DNA of 64,000 nt from the human T2T-CHM13v2.0 reference genome, Homo sapiens, in the NCBI RefSeq assembly GCF_009914755.1, contig NC_060928.1; one strand, 5' to 3'. The notes beneath the pieces are model-generated. The model saw only the letters and a list, made by a program, of their open reading frames with translations, did no database searches and was not told where the DNA came from. The position numbers and the translations under genes are program-made. Positions 59,231-64,000 of this stretch are shown piece after piece. The stretch's first letter is position 1, and each line of letters begins with the position of its first letter.

Positions 59231-60663
59231 TTGGGCTCAGTGTACCCATAACCCTTTGATCTAGCAGTGTTAAGTTGGGATTGTGGCATTACTGCCACTT
59301 TCCTTTTTGAGAATCTAATGCCCACTTTCTCCAGAGAAATCCACTTTTTGCATATAACTTGTAAAATTTTGTAATATTGGGGTTCACAGCCTGGAGTCCA
59401 GGTTGAGAGTGTCTGCTGTAGCCTCCAAAATATTTAATATTTCAGTCCGAAATTTGAAAGAACAGGAAGGCCTCAATGAAAACAAACCCTTCTAATCATT
59501 AACTATCCTTTCCTTAAGTAACAAGAACAACTTACCTTTAATCTTTTTCGTTAAGAAAGGACTGGGTTTCTTTAAGAAAGGACTGTCAGAAAGTCTGGGT
59601 TAGTGTTACCTTTGCTTTGAATGCTTATTATGTGCAGGGTAAAGTTGCTTCCTTAGTTAGCTGGGGAAGAAGTGACCAAGAGTGGTGTTGACCCAGATTC
59701 AGATCCTTGTGTAGTTGATCCATTTATGTCACTGAATTTGTTTTAAAGAACAGTCTGGAAATTTGGAGTAGGGAGAGGGGAGGAACAGGCAATGGATACT
59801 TGTCAACATAAAAAAAGATGTATTTTCAAAATTTATAGACTAAAAACTTTGTGTATCCCAAAACAATTCATTTTACTTTCTTCATATATGATAAAATCAT
59901 ACATTAAATTAGGTGGACTTTAAAAAAATTCACTCTGGCATTTCAAATCCAAAGCATTTGGGAGCAGGAGGAGACCATAGAGTTTCCTCTGTGCACCATC
60001 CTCACTTCAGCAGACAGGGAAGCTAGAATTAAGGGGCTTGGCTTCACACTTCTCGGCAGCAGCCGGAACCTACATGTCCTGACTTCTGGTCCAGTGTGCT
60101 GTGCCACGACCCTGTCTAAAAGTTAAAAGGCATAGAGAGAATTTTTTTTTTAAAGAAAGAAGAAAGAAATGTACATGCCATGAAGTTTTGTATGGAAGGG
60201 GGTGCCCCATGGGGATTCCACAGAGTGCTTCACGGTGAACACATTCGACATAGGAAATTATGACACTGAATCCCGTTGCTGTTTTCCTTGCCCGTTCCCT
60301 AAGAGTTTGTCAATGTTTGGTCATCATGGCCCCTGACCTTTGGGTATTTATATGGATTTTGTGTTTTTCCTCTTGTTTTAAAAACTATTTATTTGTTAAA
60401 CATTTTGACTGTGTCTCTATCTGATATTAAAGATTCATTTTTAGATGGGAGGACATCAGAGATGAAAAGCTAAATCTGGCCCACTGGCTCCACTGTTCCT
60501 TTTTAAAAATTCTCTCTACTTTTAGGATCATTGGTGCCCCCTGGTGAGATGATTGAGTAAAAGCACTAGTTTAGTGGATGGAAGCTGTTAGCATTTAAAA
60601 AGACGGCTTAGCAATATTGTTGACGATTAAAAATAAATCCTGTTTCTGATTTTTGTTTTAAAG

Positions 60664-60774
60664 AAATTGAGACCGAGAAATGAGCAGCGAGAGAATGAAT
60701 TGATTATTTCTTTTCTGAGATGTTTATATGAAGAGAAACAGAAAGAACACATCCATATTGGGGAGATGAAGCAG
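60664..60774 (+). CDS. TBC1D1: TBC1D1 coding exon (canonical exon 8; 111 nt, phase 0/0)
   Basis: ttttgttttaaag|AAA TTG AGA ... AAG CAG|gtatgg; KLRPRNEQRENELIISFLRCLYEEKQKEHIHIGEMKQ. Confidence 0.98.
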
Positions 60775-63369
60775 GTATGGCATTTTTGTCTCTTGTAATT
60801 GTTGCCAAGTCTCTGCCAAGTCTCTGTATAAACAACGTTTTGAGGATTTTCTGAAACTCTGATACCTTTTTTTCTCCCTATGTTTTATTTTCCTTTGTTG
60901 CACATAGAGGGGAAATTTGGGAGTGTTAGACTATGTATGCTTGAGAAGATAAGAAAAGTTTCTGCCTGCACCATAGTGGAGGCAGAACAGTTGCTCTAAT
61001 AAGAGGACTGGCTTAGAGCAGCAAGAATTGAGTGTAAGAGTGGATGCCACCAAGATGAGCTGCTTGGCTTGCAGGGAGCTGGTTTGTCACCTCGCCTTTC
61101 TTCTTTGTAAACCTGGAAGGACATTGCATGGCTGCCTTTGGAATTACAAAAAGTACCTGAACGTCCTTTGTGATATAAATGCTAGGTCACAAATCAGATA
61201 CAATGTTGGCAAGCCTGACTTATGTGCTATTCAGGTTAGAACTTGGATTAATTCCATTTTGCATGGTGGAAATACAGAGTCTCCCTCCCCTCCTCCACTG
61301 TCTACAGCCTTATTTAGCTTTTCTCTTTGTGGGGTCTCAAGGCAGAAGCTGGGGCTCTCTGCAGATCTCTCCCTTGGAAGATCTTCAGGTTTGGGAGTCC
61401 CTATGTTACATGGTACCACAGACCATTTCCTTTGTCTTTTGGACTCCATGTGAGTCCATTCATAATGAACCATTAATAGCTTCAAAACATACACATTTTA
61501 TATTTGCTAAAGTTACCTGTTGGCCAGAAATCTAGAGAAAAATCAGTGAAGGATGTACAAGTTTCTCAGTTTCCCAAAAGTATGTTCCCTTTTTCTTTTT
61601 GAACACTCCCCACGTACGTGTTCCAAAGACACTTGTGTGCTCAGTGGTGTGCCCTGTCCTACGGCAGCCTTTGCGTCTGGACCCTAAACCAAGTGTGCAG
61701 TTTTCATGGGGTGTACACTTAGCAAATCTCCACATAAGGTTTCTACCTTCTAGGTGGCTTTGGCAGTCACGTGCCTTCCCTGAACACTTGGGCTGGTGTA
61801 CAGTGTCAGCCACGGTTTCTAATCTCATTGGCCAGCCATGAGGTCCTTTAGCAGTGACTCTAACATGAGTATATGACCTGTGTTTTTTGGGGTTTTGACT
61901 TGTGGTCTTGGTTTGTAGCCATTCCTCCCTTCCCAACCTGTACCCTTAAGATAGCATTCAAGTTCTGTGTCTCTCCTGTTCATTTTTGGATGGACCAGTT
62001 GGTCTAAGTTTTCAGTTAATTCTGGAGTTCATTTTTCAGCCTATTTCTTTTCTCTTTTCCACTCCCTTTTTCCCCTCTTGTGCCACTGATAGCTTTTTCC
62101 CTGTTCTGATTTTCTTTTATCTGAGTCAGTCTGACTTGTTCCAACAGGAAATTGATAATTTTGAAGTAATTTATAACTGCTAGAAAGGGGAATGAAGCAT
62201 TTACGGTGGATGGAAAGTCTTCTTTTACTAAACATTTTGAGCATTTATGGTGAATGGAAAGTTTTGACCTAACTGCAGACTCATTTTTATGGACCAGCAT
62301 AATATTTTTATGATTTGGGCATAGATCATCCAATGGAGAAATGTGTTTAATGTTTTTTTTTTACCCAAAAAAACATAAGAGTTCAATGTAGAAGTGACTG
62401 AGCCTTACAAGCAGAACTGGCATCTGTGTAACACTTTTACTAGGGGTTTCTAAACATCATGAACCAGACGGCTCATGTCTTCGTCTATAAAGAAGCTGCC
62501 CTAATCCCCTGATGAGGTTGGTGTACTCCAGGCTGGACACTCTCATGGGCTCTGAGGAGTGGGTTTTTCAGAGCAGCAGCTGCTTTATAGACCCATTAGG
62601 CACAGCCTTGAGATTCACTGATAGATCCTTTTCATGTTTTCTGCTATCAGTTTAGCCACGTGGATTTCATTACCTTCTTGTTGCACCTAAAAATTTCTAA
62701 AGCTTTTGAAAATGTGGGAAGATGTGACATAGACCGTGGTAGGATCATGGCTTTGACAAAGAACTTCTCTGGCCACAGGACTTCAGAAGCGGACAGAGGA
62801 CAGTGAGCGCTTCTCTCAGTGCTGTGCGTGTCAGGGTCGGCAGGGAGGCCATATGCGCTTTTCAAAGACCAAAAGAATAGTGCTGGAGAACTGTCAGAGG
62901 AGTTGTGAAATAGAAAAAACCCTGAATGAGTCTTTTGATCTTATAGAACAGGGTTCAGTTTGGGCAAGACTTATACATTAAGTTAGAGGCTGTCACGTTT
63001 TAGTCAATGGACTTGTCGTTTCCACCTGTATTCACAGAGGTGGTACAAAAATTAGTATGAAATCAGCTGCCACTTACTGAATGTTTGCCAAGTGCCAGAT
63101 AGAGTTCTCATTCCTTACATAAATGACTCCATTCATTCTACAAGTTTTTTGAGGTAGGTGGTAAAATACCCATTTTATAGATGAGGAAATGGGGAAGAGC
63201 AGTCAAGCAGTTACTAGTGAGTAGTGGAGCCACTTTGTCTGATGTCTAAGTACTTTATCTTAATTATTGTGTGTTTTTTTAAGGAGCTTAACAAAATTTA
63301 ATGCTATATAACTACTTACTGATTTTCTTGGGTCTGTTTTCTAGTAGATAAGATTTTCTTTCTTTTTTT

Positions 63370-63742
63370 GTGACATTTTATTATGAAAAATTTCAAACAT
63401 ATAGAAAAGTTGAAAGAATTATACCATGAGCACTCATATACCCACCATCCAGATTTTACAGTTTTAAAGACTTTGTTAATTTGCTTTATCATATATTTAT
63501 CTATTAGTCCACCTTATTTTTGCATGCCTTTCAAATTAGGTGATATCAGTACCCTTCATCCCTAAACACTTTAGCATGTATATCATTAACTAGAATTTAG
63601 TGTTTGCTTCCAATTTTGGGGAGATTAAATTTACATATGGTAGGTTATGCAAATCTTAAGTGTACCATTTGTTGAGTTTTGACCACTGCTGCTACATTCA
63701 GGTAGCTCAAACCCCTATCAAGATATAGAATATTTTCATCCT
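63370..63742 (-). mobile_element. Old L1M(E) 3' fragments
   Basis: TTTTATTATGAAAAATTTCAAACATATAGAAAAG and AAATCTTAAGTGTAC...ATCAAGATATAGAATATTT motifs. Confidence 0.65.

Positions 63743-64000
<258 letters not shown>

Overview
Primate (almost certainly human) genomic DNA from inside TBC1D1, a Rab-GAP, on the + strand. The window holds the distal part of the long canonical intron 2 and six internal coding exons (canonical exons 3-8 by recalled numbering: 39585-40049, 43430-43519, 45667-45771, 46662-46794, 52864-52955, 60664-60774). They splice into one open frame of 332 codons covering the Ser237 phospho-site and the second PTB region. A CpG island at about 2140-3080 carries a candidate alternative first exon (MSPLFSWVAK, phase-0 donor at 2602, matching the 39585 acceptor), preceded by a (CCG)8 tract and a same-frame uORF. 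The intron also hosts two antisense processed pseudogenes (PSME2, MRPS33), a full solo LTR13 with a 6-bp TSD, other LTR, L1, L2, MIR and DNA-transposon relics, and about 28 Alus. The most unusual structure seen is a 77-bp templated insertion inside an old L1, stitched from two nearby unique segments (one direct, one inverted). I found no CRISPR array, RNA gene or new multi-gene system. Repeat subfamily names, pseudogene numbers and residue numbers are from recall, not from a search.
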